A DNA stretch of 64,000 nucleotides from the human T2T-CHM13v2.0 reference genome, Homo sapiens (GCF_009914755.1 NC_060932.1); one strand, 5' to 3'. Shown: positions 1 to 13,804, counted from the stretch's first letter. Translations and numbers: made by a program. The notes: a model not told the origin generated them from the sequence alone.

Positions 1-87
1 TTTGTTGGGTCTCAATCATCCAACGATATAAGTCAACTGCTAGTTAGCTGTAAGTAAACATAAATTATTCTAAAGAAGCGTGTCCCC

Positions 88-150
88 ACCATTATACAAT
101 ATATTCATGTAACAAACCTGCACATCTACCTCCTGAATTTAAAAAAAAAA
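88..150 (+). mobile_element. L1 (L1PA/PB-type) extreme 3' end with poly(A)
   Basis: CATGTAACAAACCTGCACATCTACC...TGAATTTAAAA(n) resembles the L1 3' terminus. Confidence 0.75.
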
Positions 151-413
151 GAGTGTAACAGTGTCACTGTCACTGCTGTAAAAAAGAATAGACTAAATAA
201 CGTAGGAGTGGAAACTAATGGTATTATGAGAAATGTGATGTGGATAATTCACTTTTACAGGAAAGAGGAAATAGAAATGTACTCCTAAAGAGGCGTAGAC
301 CGTGTTCCCATCCAACCCAAGGCCCTAGCTCACCATAGGGCACTGTCTTCTCTGACCTGAACAAGACACTGAACCTGAAATTCTCCCTCTCTAACCCTCA
401 TCAACAATTGCCT

Positions 414-766
414 TGATATGATTTGGGTCTGTGTCCCTACCCAAATATCACCTTGAATTATAATAATCCCTATGTGTCAAGGGCAGGACCAAGGTAATTG
501 GATCATGGGGGTGGTTTCCTCCATGCTGTTCTCATGAGAGTGAGTGAGTCTCATGAGATCTGATGGTTTTATAAGGGTCTGGCATTTTCCCTGCTGGCAC
601 TCATTCTCTTTCCTGCCATCCTATGAAGAGATGCCTTCTGCCATGATTGTATGTTTCCTGAGGCCTCCCCAGCCATGTGTAACTGTGAGTTAATTAAACC
701 ACTTTTCTTTATAAATTACCCAGACTTGGGTATTTCTTCACAGCAGTGTGTGAATGGACTAATACA
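414..766 (+). mobile_element. MaLR solo LTR, THE1D/MST-like
   Basis: Starts TGATATGATTTGG, ends GGACTAATACA; internal GAGATCTGATGGTTTTATAAG and TTTCCTGAGGCCTCCCCAGCCATG motifs. Confidence 0.9.
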
Positions 767-879
767 CCCCAACCCCGCCCCCGTTTTCTGGATCATTCCC
801 ATTACCAAGAAAAATGTCTGCAATATTTTCCATTAAAAAATCCTCCTCTGACCTTATTTCTCAGCTCCCCTTTATAAGA

Positions 880-1730
880 AAACTATTCAAAAGCTTTGTC
901 TATTCTTGTCTATACTTTCTTATTTAGTATTCTTTTTCACTCAATTAGGCCTTTATCTTATCACTCTACTGAAACTGCTCTTGTCAAGATCAATCATTAC
1001 CTTGATATAATGGTCAGTTCAGTTTCCATCTCACTAGGGCTCTAAGCAGCATTCAACGGAGTTGCTCACCACCTACTTGAAACCATTTCTTCACTTGGCT
1101 TCCAGAGTACTTCCAGATTCATGTTTTAAATTTGTGTTATGATTTTTGTTTTGGCTTGTAACTCATAGGCTGATCCTTCTCGGTCTCTTCTGCTGACATT
1201 GTCTTTCTGGCCTCTAAGTTTTTAGAATGCTCTTGGGCTCTGTGCTTGGATCTTGATCCTCTCAGAAGTGAGCTCGTTCAAGCCCATGACTTAAAAAATA
1301 GCATTCACATTTCTATCCTATTGTCCTCATGAAACTTTAGATGTAGATCTAAGTGATCTCAATGTCTATGTGTTAGCTCTTTGGATATCAAATAAGCATT
1401 TCAAATTTAACCTATCTAAAACAGAACTTTGATTTCTTATTCTTCCCTCAAAATGATGCTGCTCATTTATAGTCTTTCTCATTATTCAGCTCAGCTCCTT
1501 AACGTTGGGTCATCTTTGATTCTCTCTTTTGCTGAGTCTACATCAAATCTACCAGTAAATCTGTTTAATTTTCCTTTGAAATCGATGTGGAGACTTGTCT
1601 TTGCCATTACTGCTAGCCTTGCTGAAACCACCTTCCTGACTTACTGTAACATGACTCTCTGGCAACAGCTTCCCTGTTTCTACTGTTGGTTCACACAAGT
1701 CTGTCCTGCAACCTCACAGCAGCAAGAATT
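880..1730 (+). mobile_element. Degenerate L2 LINE, RT region
   Basis: CACTCTACTGAAACTGCTCTTGTCAAG (HSTETALVK) and CTTGAAACCATTTCTTCACTTGGCTTCC are L2 ORF2 hallmarks; explains ORF 1429..1881. Confidence 0.8.
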
Positions 1731-2151
1731 ATGTTATAAATCATTTGCTTATTCTAATATATTTGCAATAAATCATGAGTCCTGCATGCATATATATTAT
1801 GTAAATAAAATCCACAGCCACATATCAATTAACATTACACATTCTACAAGAAAGATACACCCAACACATTACAGTGGATGACTTGGGGAGATGGGATGCA
1901 AATGAGGAGTGGGAATGAAAGAGAAAAGTGAAACAGAAGTGGAGTCTTACATGGATCGATGAGGAAAATGTTACTTGATGCAGGAAACATGCTTAACTCC
2001 ACTTTTTTGAACTTGATATTCAAAAGAAAAAAATAAATAAGCAAATAAAATAAACACTGTCTATTTTTTAGTGAATAGTCTGTGGCATTCAATATTTTAC
2101 TTGAAAATATTACACCTAAATAGGCACACATTAGCTTTGCTATTATTTTTA

Positions 2152-2502
2152 CCTCTTATCTCAGGTTTCTACAGCAAAATACCATAAACTGGGTGACTTT
2201 TAAACAACATAAATTTATTTCTCACAGTTTGTGAGGCTGGGAAATTCAAGATCAAGGCCCCATTAGATTCAATGTCTGATGAGGGTTTGCTGGTTCATAG
2301 ATGTTGTATTCTTGCTGTGTCCTCCCATAGTGCAAGAGGTAAGGCAACTCTCTGGGGCTTCTTTTATGAGGGCACTACACCCATTCATAAGGACTCTGGC
2401 CTTATGACTTAATGATCTCCCAAAGGCCCCCTCTAATATCATCACGTTGGTGATTAGGTTTCAAAACATTATTTTGGCTAGTCAAATATTTAAACTATAA
2501 CA
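2152..2502 (-). mobile_element. MLT1A-type MaLR solo LTR
   Basis: AAAATACCATAAACTGGGTG...TTTATTTCTCACAGTT...CTCCCAAAGGCCCC is the reverse complement of the MLT1A consensus. Confidence 0.85.
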
Positions 2503-3640
2503 CTGCATTCTAATTGTTCTCATTCAAACCAGATATACATTGATGGAATAAAGCAGTAGAGAGTATATATTAGTGACTCTTTCTTCATTATTAAAGCAAT
2601 GGGAATCTCACTCTTAGATATATGGCAGATTTAGAAGCTTCACCATTCAATTTTGCTTCAATACTAAAATTTTCAAAGTTGGGCATATACTTTTAATGAA
2701 CTAGAGTATAAGAGTAGAATGTGACATTAAAAAGTAAAAATTAATTAAATTTAAAAGCATGCTACATACATCCTTTAAAGAATTACAGGCACAGAATGAA
2801 ACACTGGATAGTACTATGTACAAATTCATATGAGTTAATCCAAGTTAAAAAAAGGCAAATTTGTAATGTATTACCTTGTGTGTGACAGATATGATAAGCT
2901 ACTTTCTTTAATTCTGCAATAAAAATGTATAAAATGTTTAGTCTATGTATTTAGGGCAGAGGAAGCTACGTTTTAGGCATTTTAAAAATTGCTAAATATC
3001 ACTGTCACAAAATGTTATTAACAAATTGAATCCATTTTGTTTCAAAGTAAATGTGAGATGGAGTTATTGGCTTTAAGGGGAAAACAAATCCCTTTTCCTA
3101 GCAGCAATTTGGTATCTATTAAAGTGTTTATAGGCACTCCTATACCTATTACTTTATGAATGGAACTGTAATGAATAAAAGTTCATGAGTTGGAGATAGC
3201 ACAGCCTGTTATGTTTACAAAAAGGAGGCTTGACTTACACAGGGTAAGGCTCCTCATTTGCTAGATGTGGCTTAGCTTAGGATGAACATCATCTTCAAGA
3301 ATCTCTTGCTTCATTGTAGGATATTGTGTGAAAATTGAAAAGAGAAAATAGCTTCAAGGTGGAAAAACACTGCCATTTATTTGAACTTCTAGTATGTGAA
3401 AGCTTTGGTATTAGGTACCTAATAACAGTGCCTTCAATTCTGTTATCATTTAATAGTGGTACTTGAATCAGTATTTTACTGATACAAGTGAGTTTCTCCA
3501 GTTCAAACAGTTAGAAAAATGGAGGCAAAGGTTAAACTCATGTTTGTCTGGCACCCCAACCCTATCACTAAATTCTTTCATACCTGAATCTGAACATTCT
3601 TATCTACCTTTGTTAGATATATATTTGTGGTTTTACTTTT

Positions 3641-5535
3641 CTTCAATTTTATTTTAGCTTCAGGGTTTATGTGCAGGTTTGTTATACAGGTAAATTGTGT
3701 AACATGGGTTTGGTATGCAGATTAGCTCATCACCCAGGTAAGTAAGAAGGATAGTACTGGATAGGTAGTTTTTCAATCCTCACCCTCCTTCCACTCACCA
3801 CCCTCAAGTAGGCCCAGTGTCTGTTGTTCTCTTCTTTGTATTGTCCATCAGTACCCAATGTTTAGCTCCCACTTAGAAATGAGAATATGCAGTATTTGGT
3901 TTTCTGTTCATGTGTTAGTTGGCTTAGGATAATGGCCTACAGCCCTATCCATGTTGCTGCAAAGGACATGACCTTGTTCTTTTTATAGCTGCATAGTATT
4001 CCATGGTGTATATGTAATGTATTTTCTTTATCCAGTCTACCATTGATGGATATTTAGGTTGATTCCATATCTTTGCTATTGTGAATAGTGCTGTCATGAA
4101 CATATGCATGCTTGTGTCTTTATGGTAGAATGAGTTATATTCCTTGGGGTATATACTCAATAATGGGATTGCTGGGTTGAATGGTAATTCTGTTTTAAGT
4201 TCTTCCACAAACTGCTTTCCACAATGGCTGAACTAATTTACTTTCCCACTTGCAGTGTAGAAGCTTTCCCTTTTCTCTACAACCTTGCCAGCATCTGTTA
4301 ATTTTTGACTTTTTAATAATAGTCATTCTGACTGGTGTGAAATGGTATCTCATTGTGGTTTTGATTTGTATTTCTCTAATGATTAGTGATGTTGAGCATT
4401 GTTTTATATGTTGTTGGCCATCTGTTTGTCTTATGAAAAGTGTCTGTTCATGTCCTTTGCCCTCTTTTTAATGTGGCTATTTGCATTTTGCATGTAAATT
4501 TGTTTAAGTTCTTTATAGATTCTGGATATTAGACCTTCGTCAGATGCATAGTTTGCAATTATTTTCTCCCATTTTGTAGCTTGTCTGCTTACTCTGTTGA
4601 AAGTTTCTTTTGCTGTGCAGAAGCTCTTTAGTTTACTTAAGTTCCATTTGTCAATTTTTGTTTTTGTTACAATTGCTTTCAGAGTGTTCTTCATGAAATC
4701 CTTGCCTGTTCCTATGTCCAGAATGGTATTTTCTAAATTTTCTTCTAGGATTTTTATAGTTTTTGTTTTAGATTTAAGTCTTTAATCCATCTTGAGTTGC
4801 TTTTTATATATAGTATAGGATAAGGGTCCAGTTTTAGTCTTCTGCATATGGTCAGCCAGTTATTCCAGCATCATTTATTGGATAGGGAGTCCTTTCTCCA
4901 TTGCTTGTTTTTTGTTGACTTCATTAAAGATCGAATGGTTGCAGGTGTACTGCATTATTTCTGGGCTCTCTGTTCTGTTCCATTGGTCTATGTGTCTGTT
5001 TTGATACCAGTACCATGTTGTATAGTATAGTTTGAAGTCAGGTGATGTGATACCTCCAGCTTTGTTCTTTCACTTAGGATTGCTTGGATATTTGGTTCCA
5101 TATAATTAAAACAATTTTTTTTTCTAATTCTGTGAAGAATGTCATTGGTTGCTTGATAGAAATAGCATTGATTCTATAAATAGCTTTGGGTAGTATGGCC
5201 ATTTTAACAATATTGATTCTTCCAATCCATGAACATGAGATATATTTCCATTTGTTTGTGTCATCTCTGATTTCTTTGTGTAGTGTCTTGTAATTTTCAT
5301 TGTAAATTCTTGAAATTGTATTCTTTTTCCTTCCTTCTTAGCCATATTCCTAGGTATCCTATTTTTTGTGGCTATCGTGAATGAGATTGTGTTCTTTATT
5401 TGGCTCTTAGCTTGAATTTTGTTGGAGCATAGGAATGCTACTGATTTTTGTACAATGATTTTATATCCTGAAACTTTGCTGCAGTTGCTTATCAGATCAA
5501 CCCCATAGTCTCTGTCCAAAAACTCCTTAATCTGA
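3641..5535 (-). mobile_element. 5'-truncated old L1PA/L1PB with a tiny 5' inversion
   Basis: Minus ORFs 3945..4208, 4431..4694 and 5142..5519 are ORF2 C-terminal fragments; TSD TTTTACTTTT at 3631-3640 and 5536-5545. Confidence 0.93.
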
Positions 5536-6080
5536 TTTTACTTTTGATTTGCACAAAACATAGCTGTGAAATAAAAATGGTCTCAGAAGATGGTATTGGT
5601 GATGCCAAATATTTAAATAAAAATAATTATTTATTATTTGAATATTTTATTAGTATTACATATTAATATCCAGACATTTCCAAATACCTTTTGAGGTTAC
5701 ATATGAACAATCATAGTGAATGGAATTTAGCATTTTTGTTAAGTATATTTAATTGTTTAATAGCCTTAGGTATATTCTCATACATATTTTTGGCTGACAA
5801 AACATATGAATATTAATTTTACAACTTTACTATCTTACTGTATTATAAAAAATGTAAAAAAGACTCTCACTAGCTTTACCTTTTTAGAGTAAACATAGCT
5901 CCTAATTTCTAGAGCTCACTCAGTGATACGACCCTTTTATAAGATCCATCTGTGGGTCTCCAGAAAACTGTGAAAATGCATTGTGTATATATCTCTAGGT
6001 AAGAGTTATTTTGCAACCAAAACATTAAGAGATTCTCTAAAATTAATCTAATGAGGAAGAAAAGCAGAAAGGCTATCAGC

Positions 6081-6126
6081 AAAAACAAAACAAAACAAAA
6101 CAAAACAAAACAAAACAAAAAAAAAC
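6081..6126. repeat. (AAAAC)n microsatellite
   Basis: Seen directly. Confidence 0.95.
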
Positions 6127-6654
6127 TGCTGTTGGCAGCAGGAAAAGGATAAATGGCTCAGAGAAGCGTGAAAGAGTTAATTTGATGGCTTGAGCAGGGA
6201 AAGGCAAAATGAGCAGAACTTATCAAGAGCCAGCTGGAAAATAGTGTTGGTGGGGAAGGAGAAAAAGGGAAGAATTTAGACTCATAGGGGTCTTATAAGG
6301 GATTGTAGCTGCAGGTGCATGCCACTAAGAAATGGCTGGAGATGTAATTGAGTTTATTACTCATTGTAAAATGGAAGTTGAAAGTGTGATAAGTTGAAAA
6401 TATGATGCCATCTAGAGTCTAGTAAATAATAAGTTATTGCTGTGGTCTGCTAGATGTTAACAATATGAGCACTGGCATTATTTTTATAACACAGTAGAAT
6501 TGTATTGCAACTGATGAAAATAGTGGAATAGATATGTAGATACTGCATTCAAGACTTACTCCTGTACATTCTCTGTGTTGATGCAGTTTATTCTCATGAT
6601 CCTTCAAAAATAGAAAAGAGCAGAATTTGTATTGTAGAAGACTATTTTACATAT

Positions 6655-7185
6655 TATTTTAATTGACAAATCATAATTGTATACACTTATGACATAAAAT
6701 GTGTTTTGATATATGTATACAATGTGGAATAAATAAATCAAGATATTTAACATATCCATCAACTTGCTTACTTACTATTTTTGATGGTGAGACATTTGAA
6801 ATTTATGAACTTAGTTATTTTAAAATATACAATACATTTTTATTAACTATGGTCATCCTACTGTGCAATAGATCTCAAAGCATATTTTTTTCTGCTTATC
6901 TGGAATTTTGTATCTTTTGACCAAGTTCCCATTCTCTCCCTGACACTCCAGCCTCTGGTAACCATTATTCTACTCTCTACTTCTATGAATTTTACATTTT
7001 TTAGATTCCCTACATAAATGAGATCATCAAAAATTGAAATCAATATTTGAAGTGATATCTGCTCCCTTATGTTCATTGCAGAATTAGTTCCCAGTAGCCA
7101 AGATATAGAATCAACCTGTGTCTACCAACATATGAATGGATAAATAAAACTAGTATAAATAGTATATATACACAATAGAAGGATA
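6655..7185 (-). mobile_element. L1MA-type 3' end with 5' inversion
   Basis: 6655-7028 is antisense 3'UTR (TGGTGAGACATTTGAAATTTA, CCAGCCTCTGGTAACCA); ~7029-7185 is sense L1 (ATGTTCATTGCAG...AGCCAAGATATAGAATCAACCT). Confidence 0.8.
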
Positions 7186-7313
7186 TTTTTGATGGCATCA
7201 AGTAGAAGGGAATAATTTAGTGTGGGAGATAAAGAGGTGAAAATCAACTGAGAACATGACTAGGTTCCATGCATTAAAGGGACCAGGCTGTGTTTGCTAA
7301 AGGGAGCCATATA

Positions 7314-7370
7314 TTAGGTTGGCAATTACTTTCAGTGGCAAAAACCACAGTTACTTTTGCATCAACCTAA
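7314..7370. mobile_element. MADE1 mariner MITE, internally deleted
   Basis: TTAGGTTGG...GGCAAAAACCACAGTTACTTTTGCATCAACCTAA flanked by TA on both sides. Confidence 0.88.
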
Positions 7371-8239
7371 TACAACCCAGTGGCTATGTCTAAGAGTTGA
7401 GGTGAAAAATAAGCACTTAAATAGCCTTAGGTTTTGCAAAACGGATTCTTTCTTTTGGGTGCCATTCCACAGAAGGGGGTTCCTGGAAAACATCTTTAAC
7501 TCAAATCTTCTGTTATTATCAACAACAAAGACTTAAATGCCTCCTTTTTCTGGACCTTAGTTTAGCAAAGGATCATTTGAATAAATCCATTTTCTTTTGC
7601 CAGTATTTGGGATTTTAGGCAAGAGGAAAAGAGTCCAGTGTTTTCATCTTTTTATGCTCTGAATGGCACAGGGAAGGACCTTGTGCAGTATTCACTTAAG
7701 ATTCAGGTTTGTGGGTGAATGCTCACATGGGGGATGACAGACAGTGTCCTGGTAACAGCAGTGGGCTGTGCATTGAGAGATCTGCTCCTGCTGCCATGTG
7801 ATGTCCAGTGCTACATTATGCTTATTTGTATCTGTGTATCTCTTTGCTCATTTGTACGATGACAGGAATGGCTCAGTACAAGTGATTTTTCACATATGTA
7901 AAATTTTAAATATATTAAATAAAATGAAGACCTTATAACAATCACAGTAGATGTTATTGATGTTTTGATAGCATAGTTATTTTACTCGAAATTCTAAAAA
8001 TATAAGTCATAGCTTTTCTTATGTAATAAATATAATATTTTAAGAATCTTTAAGAATCAACTCCACAAAATGACCATTTTTTCTTGCAATTATGACCAGG
8101 TAAAAATTCTGATAAGATCCACCATGAAAGAAGATATAAATACAACAACAACAACAAAATAAATAAATAAATAAAAAGCTGCTTTGAGGACATGACATGA
8201 AATTTAATGAAAATCAATCAAAAATTTGAAGCAGTATAA

Positions 8240-8445
8240 TAGGAATGTTTCCCATGTAATTTGTGGACTGTGTACAACAGAATCTCTTGGAGCAGTGGAG
8301 GAAAGAGTATGAGTCAAAATGCAAATTTTTAGGCTCCACTTTCGAACCATTCAGCCAGATTCTCTGAGTAGTAGGACCCAGGACTCTGTATTTTAAAAAG
8401 CCTTGGAGGTGATCCTTATGGTCTCTTATGTTTGAATGTCAATGT
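8240..8445. mobile_element. MER5-type hAT-Charlie MITE fragment
   Basis: AAAATGCAAATTTTTAGGCTCCAC...CCCAGGACTCTGTATTTTAAAAAG...AGGTGAT. Confidence 0.65.
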
Positions 8446-8649
8446 CAGCTTTGAGACTAATCCACCAAAATTCTTAAGAAAAAGGAGTGAGCATTTTTAG
8501 TTTACCTGTTATAAAGCATTCTCTGATCTTGAAAAAAGTAGCTTCTTTATTGTTAGGTAAACAGATTTAGAATAAAATTTCAGTTTTATAATAGTGATGT
8601 ATCAGGCATACTTGTATTTACTATGTAGCTCACTAAACACAGAGAAAAA

Positions 8650-8826
8650 AGAATGGTTCTGGAGGCAGACAGGGATTCAGAATGCCTCTCAGAGTCTGTT
8701 TCTTTTCTTATTAAATGCAACTATTAATACCAGCTTAAGGAGTCTGTAAATGTTAACTGAAATGGAGTATGTAAAACTCCTAGCCTAGTGTCAAATACAC
8801 AGTAGACATTTCATAATGATAGCTAT
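8650..8826 (+). mobile_element. MIR SINE
   Basis: TCTGGAGGCAGAC start, degenerate core, ATGTAAAA...CACAGTAGACATTTCA end. Confidence 0.7.
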
Positions 8827-10711
8827 GTTTATCCTATTTCCTTTGTGTTCAATGGTGACATCATTGAAATAGCCTTATCCACAGTGAGTGAATGTGTTTT
8901 TTTTTGGTCTGCACAACACACACAGGTGGCCATTCTTGGATTTGTAGCTATAGTGACTGTCTGAGGATCCTGCTGATATGCACATCACTTACTCGGTTTG
9001 AAATATGCCACAGACATTTAATCAAACCTATATCCCTAATTCTAGGTTTCTGTCAGTCTTTCTCCCTCCTTGATTTTTCCGTAGTCATATTACATTTCCC
9101 ATTGTCACATTATCTAAAATTACACATCAAAGCTGTCTTAACTTTGCTATCTTTTTTCTTGGTAAGATCAGTCACACCATTAAAAAACACATTTATGTGA
9201 TGTTATCTGATTCTATTTCTTCTTATTAAAACTTTAAAAATGTTATGCCCAGGATTTCAGTTTCCTAGACCTCTATCTTATTGCAAATATTATTTGATTG
9301 ACTTGTGGCTGAATGTAGTAGAACTGCTCAGAAAAAAATAATGCGAAGTTAATAGTGTGCTGATATCTCAATATGATACAATAAAATCTCATTCATCAGA
9401 AGTCAATGTATACTTTATGTGTGTTATCTTAGGTCATAGATAAGACTCAAGGGATTCTGCAACTGTTTTTTTTTCTCACTGCCCTGTCCCTTATAGGGCA
9501 GAGGCTCAGTTAACAAAGAGTGCAAGCCTCCAGTATTTTTAATAATGATTTTCAACATTAAGAAATAAAGCAAAAGATATTTTCAAGTTTATTTTTGGTC
9601 AAGCAAAGACCATATAAAGCTAAAATAAACTATTTTGAATTAGTTTTCACCTTCTCTTAACAATTTTAATATTTTTTCATTGAATGTTTACATAATAGAA
9701 GATTCAGTTATGTAACAGTGTAAGTTGATATTTATACCAATCTTTAGTATTTATTCATCATTACCAAACATCCATCATTCTGAAAGATTTCAGGATTAAT
9801 GATAAATCATTTCTCATATAAAAAATAGATTTAAGGATTAAACAAAAACTGATATGATTCTGACTCAGGATTTGTCCTAACAATCACAACATTTCTGAAA
9901 TGTTCTAATTAAGTATGCCTCTGTACAAATTCCTTTGAGTAAATACATACAATTGTTATTTCTATTTTATTTGAACATACAAAGCGTTTTAATTGGAGTG
10001 ACAATTCTCTGCTGCCTTAGTTTCCTTAGAAATGTAGCTTGGTTATTAAAATGTGTCTCACTCATAAAAGCCTCTTACAAGTTCATAAGGGGGAAAAAAA
10101 AGCCTGTTCTATTCTGTTTGAAAATATTGACAGATATTTTCTGATGAAAAGAAATTGACTTTTTGAGCCTAATTTGGTTGGATGAAATATAAGAATTTAA
10201 AAATGGAATCCAATTATCTCTAACTTGTACACTTTGTTGAAGAGCTATTAAATTGGAAACTTTTTGAGCTGTTTCAGAAGGCACACTTAAGCTTTCTGCT
10301 GACAGTAAATGCAAAATACAAATAATTTAAAAGAAGATCTTGACAGATGATTCGTGTCTCCTTCACAACTGAGATCTTATATACACACAAAACTAGCCTC
10401 TGTTCCTGACCTAGCCATTTATATCTTTCAGTCTGTGAACTTGCTGTTTATGGCCAAATGTAATTCTATTAACACAAAATTCTGTCACTAGGTGGCTCCA
10501 TATCGCTTTTTAAAAGTAGTCTTCTCTGACAATATCTCTGTTTTTAGAGCATTTCTTTTTTCTTATTAAATTTCAGATTTTTTTTTTTTGCCATTGTTTC
10601 ACAATCTGTGTAGCTTAGTTGCAAACCATTAGCTGCATGGAATTAGAGTCTACGTCCAATGTGCTGCCAACTCCTCTCTCTAGTCAACACATGAAGAAAG
10701 GTGACAGATGA

Positions 10712-11400
<689 letters not shown>

Positions 11401-11469
11401 AAAACGCATGATATTCCCAAGGAGATTTCTTAAGCAGAGGTGTTCCTGTATGTAGATATTACTTACTCT

Positions 11470-11580
11470 TAGGCTGTAAGATACTGAGGGAGAGGAAATA
11501 TTATTTCTTTAGCCTCAGTGCCTGTAACAGTGCCTGACATACAGTAAAGACTCAACATACATATTTAAATGAATAAATAA
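11470..11580 (+). mobile_element. L2 3' end
   Basis: CAGTGCCTGTAACAGTGCCTGACATACAGTA...CTCAACA...TGAATAAATAA. Confidence 0.7.
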
Positions 11581-12367
11581 ACTGCATCATAGTACTCCAT
11601 GATGGAGATCACAGGGAAGTATCAGTTCCCTAAATTCCTATTCATCTTATTCTCCCTGTGACTGGACATCCAGTTTCTATATTTAGAATTACTGCTGCCC
11701 AGTAATGAAGCAATGTCACTTTGGAATGCATTCATTCTTTTTAGGAAGAAAGTGAAACTTCTTAGGCTTTCTTTATTAACATTGTTTATTATTTTAATGG
11801 GATAGTTGTCATCTTAGATGCTCTAGGAGGCAAAGCACATCTGTAGCGATAGATTTGAAGTTTTGGAGCATAGCAGTGACAAGCCCTGTATAGATGACAC
11901 TGGTTAATTTGGCTGGCTCTGAAGCTGCTGGGCCCAGAATGGAGGGAAGGGTCTAAGAAACAATGTCCTTAGTAAAACTGGATTTTTGAGAGAGGGAGTT
12001 AAAAACTGGTAAAGAAGTGAAGGGAATGTTTAGTAATTTTTAATAGTACAGTCAATGGAGCATAGATAAAGGCAAAATATTTAGCATGCAAAGGAAAAAC
12101 GTTATTAAAATATCATTTTTGTGGGGAGTGCTAGAATCTTGAGAGCAGGCATTTAGGGCAATATTGATTAAAATGTCTAACTCTGAACTATTGAAGAAGA
12201 CTTCTTGATAATAGCAAAAGCATTAAGAATCTTCAAACTCATACTATAGAATGATAACAATGTAGCATTCTCAATATAGTTATCTTAAACAAATATATAT
12301 AGCAAATTAAAATGCTGTGTAATGTGGTTTGATATATATTTTTCAAGTATGGTCATCTCTCAGTTTC

Positions 12368-12413
12368 TAATAATCTGGAGATAGAAGTATTAATAATCTG
12401 GAGATAGAAGTAT
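12368..12413. repeat. Perfect 23-bp tandem duplication
   Basis: TAATAATCTGGAGATAGAAGTAT x2. Confidence 0.95.
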
Positions 12414-13732
12414 TTATGTGACATTACAACATTTTACTTGATATTCTTTTGAGCTCCTCTTTGTTCTACTGTGCTATAGAGAATTGAAATGGCATTATTC
12501 TGGTTGATTTTTGTCCAGAAAAAGAAAAAATTTAACTGGGCTTGATCAACCATTTCACAAATGCTTGAAAGTCCATATCTTTTACTGGAAAATACTATTT
12601 AATATCCCTGTTGACTGAAGCAGGGATAGATTCACCACTGAATTATGCTTCCTGGCATGTAAGTTACAATGGAAGTACAATACAAGGAAACACTTTTTAA
12701 TATTATTGCTATTTTTGTAACTGGAAAGATATCCGCACATTGACAGAATTTTAGGAATTTTTCTTACATGTTCTTAATAGAAAGCATTTGGGAAATGTTA
12801 ATCTCACATCAAGCATGTGTCTTCTTTTGATGCAATGATATTTGTGTTTGGCTTATGGGATTTTTATATGCACTATGACTGAAGTGCTTTGTTATGATTG
12901 GAAAGAGTAGAACAGAAGACATTTCCCCTCCCTTAATTATGAGGAACAAAAGTTATTACCTTCTTTGTAAAATTGAGATGTCAATCTGCAGCAAAATGAA
13001 AAAAAGTATGTATTCTATAATGTTAACATAAAATACAGAGTATAACTTTCTATCATATATACAAATATATATAAGTTGAGTATGTCACAATGATAGGAAT
13101 TAGGTGCTATAGACATACACAATCTTGATTTTGTTTATTTGTTTTGGACTATGAATGGTTTTCTAATTAGATTTCTGTTTCAGTATAATCTTGATGCTAA
13201 TAACTTAAACTCAGACTCTAGTCTTAAAGGCAGGAAGTTTTATTGGAGCATAACACATTATCACATCAGTTGATGAACACCTTGTTATTCTCATACCATA
13301 GCCTTTAAAGATAACTCAAGATTTCTCTAATTTTATTTCTTCTTCAAGGGAAAGAAACTTGTGTATGGCACAGTGGAAACAATGAAGTTGAAGGGTACGG
13401 CTTAATGGATGATGAAAATGAGATGTTCGGGGGACAAGAGAGGGGTAAGTTCTGTCTTCAATGAACCTTTGCATTGCTTTGTTTGGGATCATTCTATCTC
13501 ATGCCCTGCTTTGAAACAATGAGTTTTGAACAATATTCAAGTTGAAGAAAACTTAGCTTTTGGAACTTAGCTTTTTGATCTGGATAGGTTCATGGGAAAG
13601 AAGGCAAGAAGCCATATGTGCCTGCCTCTACTGCAGGGTGGGCAATTAGCAAAGGGCCAGGATAAATGAGTCTCTGGGTTTTTAAAATATGATTCAGTCT
13701 AGTTCCTGTGGGCAGGGAATCTTATGAGGATT

Positions 13733-13758
13733 TCTCTCTCTCTCTTTCTCTCCCTGTG

Positions 13759-13804
<46 letters not shown>

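Noticed and set aside
1429-1881. 150-aa ORF
   Set aside because: Starts at TTG, overlaps degenerate L2, no recognisable domain.
2530-2690. NGNLTLRYMADLEASPFNF, faintly cadherin-like
   Set aside because: Needs a frameshift and contains stops; AT-rich DNA yields such look-alikes easily. The same applies to fragments near 9430-9570, 20850-21170 and 49270-49350.
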